Positions 37,741 to 50,663 are shown, counted from the whole stretch's first letter. The stretch: 63,826 bases of DNA, filler included, from Lenisia limosa (GCA_001655205.1; 7 parts of 7 records of this genome joined end to end with filler, not necessarily neighbours in it), one strand, 5' to 3'. The notes: a model not told the origin generated them from the sequence alone. Numbers and translations are program-made.

Positions 37741-40332
37741 TTGCATAAACTTATGTGTTGTTTAATTGAAACATTCTTATATGAAATTATATATCACACC
37801 ATCCATATGTGAATTTTCCTCTATCTGTGCATTTATTTGAACTAAGCGAAAAATTTTGCTAAAAATATGGCATATAACTAAGAAAATTGTCGTAACACTC
37901 TTGTTNNNNNNNNNNNNNNNNNNNNNNNNNNNNNNNNNNNNNNNNNNNNTTAATTAATTAANNNNNNNNNNNNNNNNNNNNNNNNNNNNNNNNNNNNNNN
38001 NNNNNATATTTGAAGAGAATCAGAGTAAAAAAATATCAAATATCGACAGGGGGTTGTTTTTCTTAAGAGACAAAAACCCTGAATGGAGGGAGACTAAAAA
38101 TGAGCAAACAAAATAGAAAAGCAAAAAGTAGAAGTACTGGTATAGAGAATGTGGCATGGTAATGGTGATTATGTATTCTTATGTATCTTAGATTATATCT
38201 TGCTCCATATAAAAAAAAAAGTCAAGAAAACAACAACGCTTATTTTAGTCAAATTCGACTTCGACAAATATATACCTTGTTGCTTGCAGCCACATGTGGA
38301 ACAACAACAGGAGCATCGATCTGAAGTATTAATGAGGGGTGACGAATTAAGGGGGATGGGAGAGGGGCGAAGAGGGAATCAAAGAAATTAACCCCATCAA
38401 AAGGGTGCCTAATAATATGAGGGGGTGACCCACGTTTTTGAGGATATCCGCCCTATTTGCCAAGGTGAAGGCGGACGACCTTGTTTTCGAAATCCGTGAC
38501 GAGAAGAATCCTAAAACAGGAACCGAATTTATGAAAGATTTACAAAAAGTATCTAATGCACACATGCTATTAGTATATACTGTATCATATAGCACTGAGA
38601 TATGAAAAAAAAAAACAAGGTTGCTATTATACTATGAAGTGCACCCCTAAGCGAGGTGCCCACCTTTGAGCTGCCCTTCGGGTTCGGCCATCAAGTCCAA
38701 TCGTCCAGCCAGATCAAGCTGGAATGTCAAAATATGTTGAAATGCCAAATGATCATAAAGTTGCCAAATCAAGCTGTAATTTCATAAAGTGTTGAAATGA
38801 GTAATTTAGCTGTTTTACAACATACTAGCTAAAACAGTAAAAAAAAAATCCATCAAATCACTATCAAAATACAAACAAAGTTGAAAGTCAAGCCAAAATG
38901 ATGAACAAAACAAACGGGGAAACGGTTGGGTCAACCGCCGTACCTGAACTTTGCTGNNNNNNNNNNNNNNNNNNNNNNNNNNNNNNNNNNNNNNNNNNNN
39001 NNNNNNNNNNNNNNNNNNNGGTTTTGAGTTTGTTGAAGTATACTTTTGACATGACTTCAACATAAGCCACACAGATGTCGTGAGCCATCGTGGGGCTGCG
39101 AAATGATGTTATGCGTATTTGAACTTGGAAAAAGAGTGGACTATATGCTACTGACACAGCAAAAAAGAAGCTGAAAAAAGGGGCGCGGTGGGGGCATTAT
39201 CTTGTATCTTTGGTGAGGAAAGCTATTCCGTATTATCCAGAATAGAGAAGGGGTTTTGTCGTGGTATAAAATCTAATCATCTCTAATAAATCTGGGGATT
39301 CATGAAACCCTGGTTATTTTGTTCAAGTCCTACAAAGAAAACACCCTACCCACTTATGAATCTCAATAAAGTTGAAGAGATACTTAAACTTATTAAGTGA
39401 AGACTGTTGAATCATCTACATGCGTAAAATACAGGACAATTAGTAAGTACATAATCGTGTTAGCTCAGGGTCAGACCATATCTTGGTTACTGTCAGTATT
39501 TTCACGAAAAGAGAAAAAAAAAACCCAAAGAATCGGAATGATGTGACAGCAATAGCGTCAACATTCCCAATAACATCAAGAATATCAAAAACCTCCAAGA
39601 AGTGTCATTGAAAAAATGTAAACAAATAGAACTACTTTTGAAAGAATCGAGTTTACCTGTGGATTAGTACTTCGCTTGAGGGTTGAAAATGTATCCAGAA
39701 GAAACGCCTTGCATCGCGATAATGCCTAGCAATAATTAAGGTGTAGATAGTGAGCATACAACAATAAGCAAGGAGCAAATGATTGGGTTAACTAATTATA
39801 CAATCACCTGATGTTGAATGTATAGCACCAGACTACCTTTTTGGTAAGTTTTTCAAGGTCAGGAAGCATAAGGTGACACGCTTTTGCATCACTAGTGCGC
39901 GAAAATTCGACCTTCAAGTTTAACTCCCTCAAGTGCTGCAAATAGGCTTCGTCAATAGGATCCTCCGTGATACCACTATAAAATTAGGGAGCTCACAACA
40001 AAGGGTTGTTAATGTAGGAGATTATTTGTCTCTTATTGATCCCTTTGTTTATTGGTGTTCGAAGTTAAACATGTTCTTGCTCCAAAACACTCTGCTGTGT
40101 TACATATCTAGATATACAATATAAACAGTAATATATAGCTATATTATATCATATTATTTGATTTATATATACTATATCACACCGTCCATATATCTGTGAA
40201 TTTTCCTCTATCTGTGAAAAAAAGCCAAATGANNNNNNNNNNNNNNNNNNNNNNNNNNNNNNNNNNNNNNNNNNNNTTAATTAATTAANNNNNNNNNNNN
40301 NNNNNNNNNNNNNNNNNNNNNNNNNNNNNNNN

Positions 40333-43150
40333 CCGAGCCATGAGAAGTACCGGCGGAAGTACTACAGAAAGAAGCTCAACATTGACGTCAATAAACAGGA
40401 CGAGATGGACGCCTTGTGCAGCTCTTATGTGCACGGCTTGCAATGGTATGAGTGCATGTGAACCGCGGTCCCCAAAAACAGGTAGAATAGAGTATCGAAA
40501 ATTCAAACACATTTCTTCTCTTTTGAACTTGAAAATGAATCTCATAGAAATTATACGATATTTGCGACATACTCATATGTTCTTCTCTTATGTTTATGGG
40601 TTAAAACGATATGGTATAATAGATTGATTTGGATGAAATGCTATGGTACGATTCTAATGATGGCAATTTTATGCTTTTTTTTGCCATATACGTATACGAC
40701 GTTCACATTTATGATACAATGAGATGTATGCTCTTATTTGCATGGATTACTATGGAATTAAGGCCAATAAGTTACAAAAAATGTTTAATGAATGAGTATA
40801 TAATGGATACCTTATGATACAACTATATGATGCTCATGACACAATTTTATGTTCTTATATCCAGACATTAAAATGGTATAATTAAATCACATGGCGAAAC
40901 AATTACATGATGTTCATCCCACAATAATGACATGTTCATGTCCCAGTTATACAGCGACCGGGATAAGTCTTGACCAATTTGCTCTATCATTTCCCAAGAA
41001 AAAAAGAGTCAAGACTTATCCCGGTCACTGTATTATATGATGTGGATGTGTCAACATGGTGCAATACTTAAGCACCAATTTATGCTCCAATGTTCAACAG
41101 AGTTTATTTTGGGCTTGTTTTGATTCATAAATTTTCCAAATTGAACCCTCACTTTCCAGGGTCCTATCGTACTACTACCAGGGATGCCCGGCCTGGGGGT
41201 GGTACTACAACTTCCACTACGCCCCTCTTGCTTCAGGTGGGGGGAGGGGGTTCTAGAAGTGTTTGTCTGGGGTGTACATAACTGATGCAGAAGCGACTGG
41301 CCTGGGCTGTGTTTTTTTTTTGTTGTTCCTCGTGCGTTGAACAGAGTTGATTTTGGGCTTTGTTTCATAAATTTCCCAATTTTTACTCCCCCCTCCCCGC
41401 AGATCTTGTGAATATTCGTGAGAGATTCCCCAATATTTCGTTCCAGCTTGGTGCGCCCTATCTTCCCTTCCAACAGCTGCTTGCGTAGGAGGAGGGGGAC
41501 GCTTTGATACAGCCGTGAGAGTTGATTTGTGGTTTTTTTGGTTCCATTTTTTAATACAGAATTGGGTTGAGTATATTAATATTATCCATCCAAGCATTTT
41601 TATTACACCTCTGGGCTATTTATTACTTTTCTCTGTTTACTTTTTTCAGGGTTTTGCCAGAAGCTAGTAACTCGTTCCTTCCACAGTCCTATAGGAACCT
41701 GGTAAGGGGGGGGGGGTATCACCTGGGCTTCCCTGCGCTCCAAAAAAGCCGTCAAAATATGGTCTATTTTGTGACATTAGGGAAGTCCTAAGTATCACTT
41801 TTCGGGTCATTTCCACACGTGGGTAATACTATTTTTTTCCACTAGTGAAATGATACCTCATATCTGCTCGTGTGATAATTGTTGTGTTGTCTTCGTTCGT
41901 GGCTTAGTTTATTTTGTTGTTCCGAATTTTCGTGTTTTGTTTGCCAATATAGTTGATTCTGGGCTTTATATATTGTTTAAGGAATGTCTGATTTACCCCC
42001 ACACAGATGAGATCCAACAATTCGCCTCTTGCTCGGTTCTTCCCCGAAACCTTCCCTATTGACCCCAATGGCAAAAAGGCACCATGGGAGGTGGGGTGGT
42101 ATTTTTCTAGAAGAATGGAGAATGGAAGTGTTTGAATTATGGAAAATATGAAGGGGAGGGGGGTAGAGTTATGGATAATGTGTGCGTTTTGTATTGAAGG
42201 ATGGACTTATTTAATGCTCTTTCTCGCTTAAAGCACAAGAATGTGACAATCCAAGTTAACAAAAACGGTCCAATTTCCTAGTATATTCCAGCCTCAACTT
42301 ACTTATGGTAACCCTGTGTATTGCATAAAATTGTTTCATGTACCCTGTATATTATACAACGTATCAATAATATGGATACATATGGTATTATATGATAGAT
42401 ATGTACTATGTAGCATATGTTGATTGTTGTGGGATCAACTTACCCTTTCACCATCCCAGGGCGTTGTTCTTTTGCCCATCATCGGAGAGGCCAGTTTATT
42501 AGCTGTTGAGACTGAAGCTCGAAGCCACCTCAATGAAGCCGTGGGGGGGGGGGGTAATGGTTTNNNNNNNNNNNNNNNNNNNNNNNNNNNNNNNNNNNNN
42601 NNNNNNNNNNNNNNNNNNNNNNNNNNNNNNNNNNNNNNNNNNNNNNNNNNNNNNNNNNNNNNTTTTTGGTTAAATACTTTTTAAATTTCATCGATGGGAT
42701 GCGGTGTTGTAGAAGCAACTGGCCAGGGCTTTGTTTGTTTTGTTGCTATCCCTCGTCTATTATCAGCCGACAGAGTTGATTTTGGTCTTTTTGTTTCATT
42801 AATTTTCCAATTTTACTCCCCCCCTCCCCCACACACACAGGAAAAAGCGAGGAATGTCCACAACCCTGCAATGGTTGTTACCACGTCTTCAACGCCAATT
42901 AAAGATGTTCATGTAAGGGGGGGGGGGTGAATCTTGGTATCCCCTAAAACTTGTGAGATTATATTCGTGACCATTTTAGTGCAGCAATCTTTTGTGATAT
43001 TGTATTCGTGACATTTTAGTGCTATCGTGAAGCGTTTGCCCCCCTCAAAACCCCCCTTATCGCCGTGGCGCCCTACCACCACGATGACTACAAAGACGAC
43101 CGGGGATATGTCCCCTTCCTTCATCCGCAGAGCAGAAACAGCAAAACCGG
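40333..43150 (+). CDS. XRN1: 5'-3' exoribonuclease (XRN1-like), internal fragment, 8 exons
   Basis: [14 protein letters not shown]...[11 protein letters not shown]|[25 protein letters not shown]|DLVNI...[15 protein letters not shown]|[17 protein letters not shown]|[28 protein letters not shown]|GVVLLPII...|EKARN. All joins through EKARN are in phase; the acceptor of the last exon is unresolved. XRN1 rather than XRN2 is less certain than the family call. Confidence 0.93.
40952..41030. mobile_element. 79-bp Tc1/mariner-type MITE in an XRN1 intron
   Basis: TA|CAGCGACCGGGATAAGTCTTGAC...GTCAAGACTTATCCCGGTCACTG|TA: 23-bp inverted repeats with one mismatch, flanked by TA on both sides. Confidence 0.85.
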
Positions 43151-43329
43151 GTGGGTGGCGTTTTTGTTGGAACACGAAATAGTATAATATGCATATGATT
43201 ATCATTAGCAATCTTGTGAAATACATAAATACTTAGGGATGTCATAAAGACAAATTACCTTTCGAGGAGGGAGGGGGGTTGATTTGGGTTTTTGTTAATT
43301 AAATTATCCAATTTTACTCTCCTCCCCCT
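41098..43329 (+). repeat. Intron-associated repeat family, about 55-bp core and up to about 120 bp, six copies in XRN1 introns
   Basis: Core AGAGTTGATTTTGGGCTTTGTTTCATAAATTTTCCAATTTTACTCCCCC at 41098, 41342, 41517 (degenerate), ~41950 (degenerate), 42771 and ~43276. Further copies at ~15766, ~23153 and 63727-63769 (minus strand). Confidence 0.85.
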
Positions 43330-43560
43330 ACCCCAATATTCTTCATAGAAATTGCTTTTGTAACGCGGAGTGATTAGCCTTTGCTTTGTTTGTTTTGTNN
43401 NNNNNNNNNNNNNNNNNNNNNNNNNNNNNNNNNNNNNNNNNNTTAATTAATTAANNNNNNNNNNNNNNNNNNNNNNNNNNNNNNNNNNNNNNNNNNNNGA
43501 AATAATCATAACCGTCACAGTTTTTCAAAACCGTCACAGTTTTTGTTCGGGAGCATATTA

Positions 43561-44050
43561 TATATCACCGTCCAGAAATATGTGAAATTTTACATAGTGT
43601 GAAAAGTATTTAAATTCTTCTTTTTATGATTTTCCCAAACATCTGACACCATTTTCATTGCTGTAAGAGAGTCAGTATTTTTTTTCTCTGATAAAAGCTA
43701 AACAACTCTGTCAAATAATTGAAAAGAATAATATTATCCTTCAAAATTGTAAAAAAAAAAAACTAGTATTATACATAGAAATAGGTACTGCCACTCATTT
43801 NNNNNNNNNNGTATATCACACCGTCCAGAAATATGTGAAATTTGATACGTGTGAAAAGTGTTTAAATGCTTGTTTTCATGATTTTCCCATTTATCCGACA
43901 CTATTTGCATTGCTCTGAGTGCGTCATGTATTTTGTTTTCTGAAAAAAGCTCAACAACTCTGTCAAATAATTAAAAAATAGAAGTAGTATCCTTCAAAAT
44001 TGTCCAAAACTACATAGAAATCACTTTTACGTACTGCCACTCATTCTTTT
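43561..44050. repeat. About 240-bp dispersed repeat, two adjacent copies
   Basis: TATCACACCGTCCAGAAATATGTGAAA...GTACTGCCACTCATT at ~43563 and ~43813. The same start motif occurs at ~37792, ~40174 and ~62890, often near scaffold ends. Confidence 0.8.
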
Positions 44051-45697
44051 TTTCATAGCAAGAAAATTTGAACGATAAGTGAAACATCCCAATGTAAAAA
44101 GGCAAGTACGATCACTTGGACTCTTAGCTGCAGAACTGAAACTATCATTCCTTTCTTTCTTAAAGCTGTTTTTGGATCAAAATGACGAAAAAATGGCCAA
44201 ATTTAACATACTATATCTAAATTTTGATATATTTCTGGACGGTATGATATACTATATATATATCTTATACTGTATATATTGTAATATACTATGATATGAT
44301 AATATATGATAATATACTAAAGATTTCAATTCTGATCTAAATGGTTAAAAACTATCCCTTTGGTTATGGAATTATATCGAGAATGCTAAGAAACCATTTT
44401 GGAAAAACAAAGATTTGTATGGGGTATTTGTTGGGAACCAAAATTTGACAATAATTAGATTATAGTATACATGATAATAATAAATTAACCATCCCTACAT
44501 AAACAGATTATAATATAGATATGGTATAATTTCATATAGAAAATAAAATAGATAATATATTATGATACAATATGATTACACCATACACAAAAGATATACA
44601 CCATTCATTTCCATCTAGAGTATTCAGTTAGGTACATACATACACAAAGATCACGTCGTATATCATATTACAAAAGCCTTTTTTCAAGCTTTCACAATAA
44701 ACAATATGGGCTTACTTAGGAACGTCCGCTCCTTTGGCTTAATGCACGATTGGCATATGTGCGGCTTAGTCTGAACGAAGTGCGGAATGACTTCTGCCGG
44801 ACAGGTTCCCAGCAATACGAAAGCGATTAAATTCAACAATAGTGTGAACTTCTTTTCAAAGCTGTGCGTGGTTGTGCAGTGCTTTTCACAGCACGCACAT
44901 TTGTCTCTAAAATAGATTAGCGATTTTCGAATACTAAAAAAAACGGGAGTGTTGTCTCAAACGAAGGACCACATAGCATTCGAAACTACTCTGATCCTAA
45001 CACCCACTAACTCCAGGTTACATTCGCTGGTTTCCGATTTGATAGAAAACAAAAACTGAAAAGCTTCAATAACCGAGAGTCGCTCATTTGAGGGATCTGG
45101 TGGTCTCTTTGTCATCTATATTCATTATACAAAACGCACTTCAATCGCAGAATGACATAAGAATGTACTGAAAAGACTATTTTTATTGACAAAATCTAGA
45201 GTAGCTATTAATGCCAGCTTATTCTTTATCATATTCTAATACGAAATAATGGATCATAAGTCAAAAAGATTGACAACAAACAAGGAAAGAAAGATAATTC
45301 TTAATCAAGAAAGGGTCCAATATGACCATTTTTGGGGGTAATTTTGAAATTGAAAAACTGTCGACTAAAAAAAAAGATGACAAACCGAATCAACTCCACC
45401 AAATACAAAGAGACACAATGAATAGAATGGTTTAGAAAAAATTCAGGCTTACCTCCCAACAAGATCACCTGTATGTGTTGTAGCAAAGATTCTCAGAAGG
45501 AGTGACGCAAGAAAGGCTCGATTTGTTGTTTAATTTGAAAAATAGACTCACTCAGGCCAAGAAGGCAAATGGAGGCTTTTGATTCAATTTTCTATAAAAC
45601 ACCAAATGGCAAAACTTTGCAGCAAAAGGCTTCTTGCCCGCTTAGTCACGTTTATAATGTTTTTGAATATATTATATAGACCCCCCAGTGTTTTCAG

Positions 45698-48600
45698 GGT
45701 CCCCTAAGACAAATCCCGGCGGGGGGGCCACCTCCCTGCTCAACCCTAAACTCAACCACTCAACAACTCTCACAACCAAAACCACACAGCCCAACAACCG
45801 CNNNNNNNNNNNNNNNNNNNNNNNNNNNNNNNNNNNNNNNNNNNNNNNNNNNNNNNNNNNNNNNNTGACGTCAAGGAGCAAAAAGAAAAACAAAACAAAG
45901 AATTCAAAGAAGAGCCCTGCTACCGCTGTTACTACTACCCCTCCTACAGCAGCAGCTACTCCGGCGACTCCTGCTGGTCTTGCTGTCGATCCTGTTGTGT
46001 CTCAGGTTAGTGGTGAGTCTCAGGTTAGTGGTTGGTGGTCAGGCCTGGTTTACTTCATATGTATGAAGGTATTATTGGGGGGGCGTGTGTGTTTGGTAAT
46101 GATGTTGAATTAGGTTATTTTGTGATAGTGTTGTTCTTGCTGTTGATGATGGTGTTGCTGAGAGATTAAGAGAGTTACGGGAGGGAATTTACCAGATGAT
46201 GACATCATCTTCATCAGTGTTTGGTTGAGGGTTTGGTGGATGACACTGACACTCTGGTGGACCTGGTGGTGTGGGAGCAACTCACACAAACACACAAAGC
46301 ATGGGCAAGTGTATGAAATTATCTTACACTTCCCTTTGTACAAACGATGGTTGGTGGGTTATGTGGTACTGCTGTGTTGGCGGTCTCATTACAACCATTA
46401 CAATCTTCAACGAACAGTAACTTCTTTCTGATTACTTCTCAGGATAAGCCGATTGAAAGAGGCAACAAGGAGAAGAAAGAAGAGAAGATAGAAATCAAAC
46501 AGGGGAAAGAGAATCAGGATCCGAATCAAGAAGTGGAAGCCAAGAAAGAAAGCCTGAGTAATGAGGAAGAAGATGAAGTAGAGTGGCAAAAGGCACGTGG
46601 CCGCAGCAAAAAGAAAGGTACCACCAAGATAAAGCTTTCTGTTCAGAAGCTGGATGTCAAGAGCGACGCTACCAATGATTCAACCACTTCCTGTGGCTCC
46701 TCCCAGGTTGCGAAAGACAAGCCCGCACCTTGGAAGTTGGAGAATGAGAAGCCGAAAACTGGTGATTGGGTGATCTCTCTTATCGGTCAATGTCGCTTCA
46801 ACTCATTTCCCTTCAATACTCATTTTATGTGTTTAGTGCCCCGTCAATGTCGATTCAACTCATTTCCCTTCATATGTGTTTAGTGTCCCGTCAATGTAGC
46901 TTCAACTTATTTCCCTTCATTACTCACTTTATGTGTTTAAATTTTTCTTATTAGAATAGAGTTTTTCTTGAATCGTCTACACTCATTTGACAGGTTCGTC
47001 AGTTCCTTCTTTTACGTCGAATCAATTGAATGAGCTCCACAAGTTTGAGCCTACAGACTTTATGAACACAGAAAATTACGACAAGCTGACTGCTGAGGTA
47101 TGTTGTTTGGTGGGAAACATCAATTGTTTTGCTGAAACTCCGCATATGTATATGTAGATATGTACTTATTACATACTAAGGGAATACACTTCGTATATCC
47201 TGTAATATGATATTATGCTATGGTAATTAGTATATTACATACAGATAAGTAATATCTAGTATGCATAGTTTCGTTTTCTTCACGTCACCCTTTTTAGTGC
47301 CCTTTCTGTAAAGAAAAAGAAGGAGGAGAATGCCGGTCTTTCAGCTTTTGGAAGTTAGAAAAATTTGACCAACCGAGTAAGCTGCACCAATTGAATTCAC
47401 CTCTATTTCTGTCCTTCAACTTTCGAACTGTCCAGTATCCCCTTATCACATCAACAGTCTCCAAATCCGTGCCCCGTCAATGTAGCTTCAACTCATTTCC
47501 CTCCATTACTCACTTTATGTGTTTGAATTTCTCTTTTGATGATATCCAGAGAGAACTGTTCATGTATGCTACTACGATGCAAATATGGTTCTGCAAAGTG
47601 ACGATATCAAGAGTATTTTGGGATAAACTGTGGTTGCTTTCTTTTTTATGTACACAAACCACATTTACATTCAGATCTTCCTCTTTTCAAGGATGGGATG
47701 TTCGTGGCACATGTTGCAAAGAACCCTGACAAGTTGGTGGTATTATGGACCTGACTGTTATGTCATATAATCTTATTATCTCATCTCAAATCCAAGGAAA
47801 GATTCGAAAGTTTGTATCAAGTATGAATGACTCTATTATTACAGACGCTATATCCTGAAGCGCCGTCTGTTGGGTGGAGGGCAAATCGAAAGCTCACGGT
47901 TTACAACTGAAGTATCTGCCTATGGGAATCTTGATGTTTGTGAGACAAGTTTCACCAGGTCTTGCAACAGGTCTTTTTTCTTCAATTCATTTATTTTAGA
48001 ATGTTGAAGGCATTTGTCAGATGGCTACAGCGAAAACTGATGAATTGAAACACAGGTACTTCAAAAAGCTTTGTATTGTGTACATTCACTTGCTCAGCAA
48101 ACTGATCTTAGAGCTTGCTCCTGGAGGCAACTTGAGGCATTTCCTTCAAGTGTGCTACAAGGTTGGCGTTTGGAACGACGCACGCTTTGTTGTGTGTGAC
48201 CCATTTGTTATCCAAGTAGATAATGCATTAGATATTTGACGCCTAGATTTGAGTTGTTTCTCACCATCTTCTTCAGGAGGAATATGAGTTTGATCACATT
48301 GAGTTCATGAAGAAGATCCTTGAGGCTGTCAGGAACATTCATGCAAAGAACATGACTCACAGGGACATTAAGGTTAGCATTTATGAACAATGTTTGTTAT
48401 TTCTCCCACCTATTTCTTCAGGACATCAATGTGGTTGTTGACATTGTTGACGGCGTTCCTGTTCCAAAGGTTAGCAATAAATGAAGACTTCCTTTGTTAT
48501 ATTGTCAGCAGTTTTTCACTCTCCCTCAGCTCATTGACTTCGACATTGCAAAAGGAGACGTTAACCATGCGCTCCACACTCATGAATCAAGAACGAAGAC

Positions 48601-50048
48601 ATGTTTGTTGGTTGATATCAACACTGCTATCTGAAGGCTATTTTTAACATTTTAACACAATCGTCATTTTGACCTTCTATTTCTGGTTTTCTGATTGTTT
48701 CAGTGACTGAAAACATCGGCACTCCGTTTTGGCAGTGCCCTGATGTAGGTGAATTTTCACTCTGTCACATGTACTACGCTTTTTTACATTTATTTTGACA
48801 TCGCATTCTTGGATTAATTTTGGTTTTTCTCTCAATTTTTGTTGACGATCAGCTCAAGCGAGTAGAGTCCAAGAATGATGGAAAACCCAAGAATCATCTT
48901 CAGACCAAGAATGATGCTCAAACCAAGAATGACGGAGAAGCTAAGGTCAACTGGAAGGAGGTGGACATTTGGAACTGTGGTGAGCATGGGAGGACTCTCT
49001 TTTACCACACTTTCCCATTCGCTTTAAATGAGCTCTCAGGTCGGGTGCTTCAATTCATTATGGGATTTCCGGAGAAAATCAAAACATGTAGGTGGAGCTT
49101 CTTTGGTTCTTTTCCGTGACAGCTTAGTTGATTACGATTCCCATTTTGTACATGACACTGAAAAACAAAATGACTTGACTGGATTGACGAAGTACTTGAA
49201 TAGCCGTAATAATGTAAGTCTACCATTTCGTGAATGCAATATCATCATTTAGCTTGTAGTTCAAGGATTGATGCCGATGGTCGACCAAGTTCTCTATACG
49301 ATGACATTTCCGAAGGACAAAGGGTACACTACCTTCTTCAACACCTTACATTTTCAGAAATGAGAGGCCAACTGCAGATGAAGTTCTCCTTGACCCGTTG
49401 TTTCTCCCCCTCAACAAAAAAGTTGATTGGATAAACAGCCACCTCACTGTTTTAGATCGATCTTCTTGAGGAGTTGCAGAATGTCTCTAAACCGAATTTT
49501 TTCAGTGGTATTGAATATCACGTGTAAGACTGACGATTTCATTGGCCGCCAATTTACATCTTTAGCAAACTTTATCCTAAATGGGAGGAGCGGATGTCGC
49601 ATCTCGGGTGGAAAGTACCTAAGAAGAGTGTCGAAATCGGCAAAATCAGCTGCATTATGATGCGAAACATGGTAGCTCATCGCCACGACAATAAGAAAAC
49701 AGACGAACACCCAAGGTTTTGTTGTTGTCGTTTCTCACTTTCTTTATTCTTCAGCACGCCGTTCAAGAAGTTCAAGTGTCCAGTGACTGAAATCACACGT
49801 GTCTTCCCCCTTCTACTTCCCTTTGCTTTCTACTCATTGGCGATCAGTGTTAGTATTCATCTCGTGCTTTCTTCTTTACTGATACCCAGCAGGATGCTGC
49901 TGCCATTGAACGTCTCGAGCGACAAGACATTGTCATTCCCAAGCGCATTGCCAATTTCAGACTTCGATGTATCCACAAATTGATGGGAGCTCTGAGGAAG
50001 CCTGATGCCAAGGATCTGATCCAGGAATGGGGAGTTCTCTACTTCTGA
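45698..50048 (+). CDS. Divergent protein kinase fused to a KEN (IRE1/RNase L-type) ribonuclease domain; 5' end unresolved
   Basis: Kinase motifs: RYILK (beta3 Lys), RFTTE (alphaC Glu), LILELAPGGNLRHFL, HRDIKDIN (48358-), LIDFDIAK (48530-), GTPFWQCPD, EVDIWNCG, RPTADEVLLDPLF. KEN region follows directly: PLNKKIDLLEELQNV, MMRNMVAH (R-x4-H, 49663-49680), ITRVFPLLLPFAFYSL. Stop TGA at 50046-50048. Upstream exons are K/E/T/P-rich. Confidence 0.8.
46784..46938 (+). repeat. Intronic minisatellite, three 47-56 bp units, with a fourth copy at 47469-47525
   Basis: Unit GTGCCCCGTCAATGTAGCTTCAACTCATTTCCCTTCATTACTCACTTTATGTGTTT(AG). Confidence 0.9.
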
Positions 50049-50663
50049 AGTTGTTTGTTATTTGTCTTGGATTTCATCATTGTTATGTTGATGTATGATT
50101 GTGATCTCAGCAAAGCAATTGATGAGAAAAGGGGTAAAGGGAATCTTCATTGGGTTCACACAATCAAATGAAACAGAAACGAAACAAAAAGAGAAAAGAG
50201 AAGGTTTATGTAAGAGTACCACTGGTCCTTCTTGTAGCCAATCTTGTTAGAGAGGATGGGCTTGATGATCTTGCACATGATGAGAGGACCGCACATGACA
50301 ATCTGAAGTGTCAGGATAAAGCACAGACTTTGAACCAAAGGGCCAAGGAATGGAGGTGCTGGTATCAATCTGGTGCAAGGCTTAGCCTAATATTCTTATA
50401 CTGTCGGGTCGCACAATTCACCGCTTTTGGGTCGCTGAAGAGTTGGAGAGTCGCTTTCATGTTCATTCATTTATTCATGTTGCATTCATGATTTCATAAT
50501 GACATAATCCAACATCAATTAAAAGGCACCAAGGCAAAACAAAGGCAAACAAAGGCCAAAAGGCCCTAAAAGGACACAGTGTAAGAAGAACCCGGGCCGG
50601 GTTCTCTTTATAAACAATTTTGAAATTTGAAAATTTCTCTTTTTTGCTATTAGTTGATTCAGT

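Noticed and set aside
38340-39990. NHL-repeat or amidating-lyase-like gene (GTAVDP, MAHDICVA, ILLVTDFENKVV)
   Set aside because: The motifs are short, both strands have open pieces, and I could not build a consistent exon chain across the gap.
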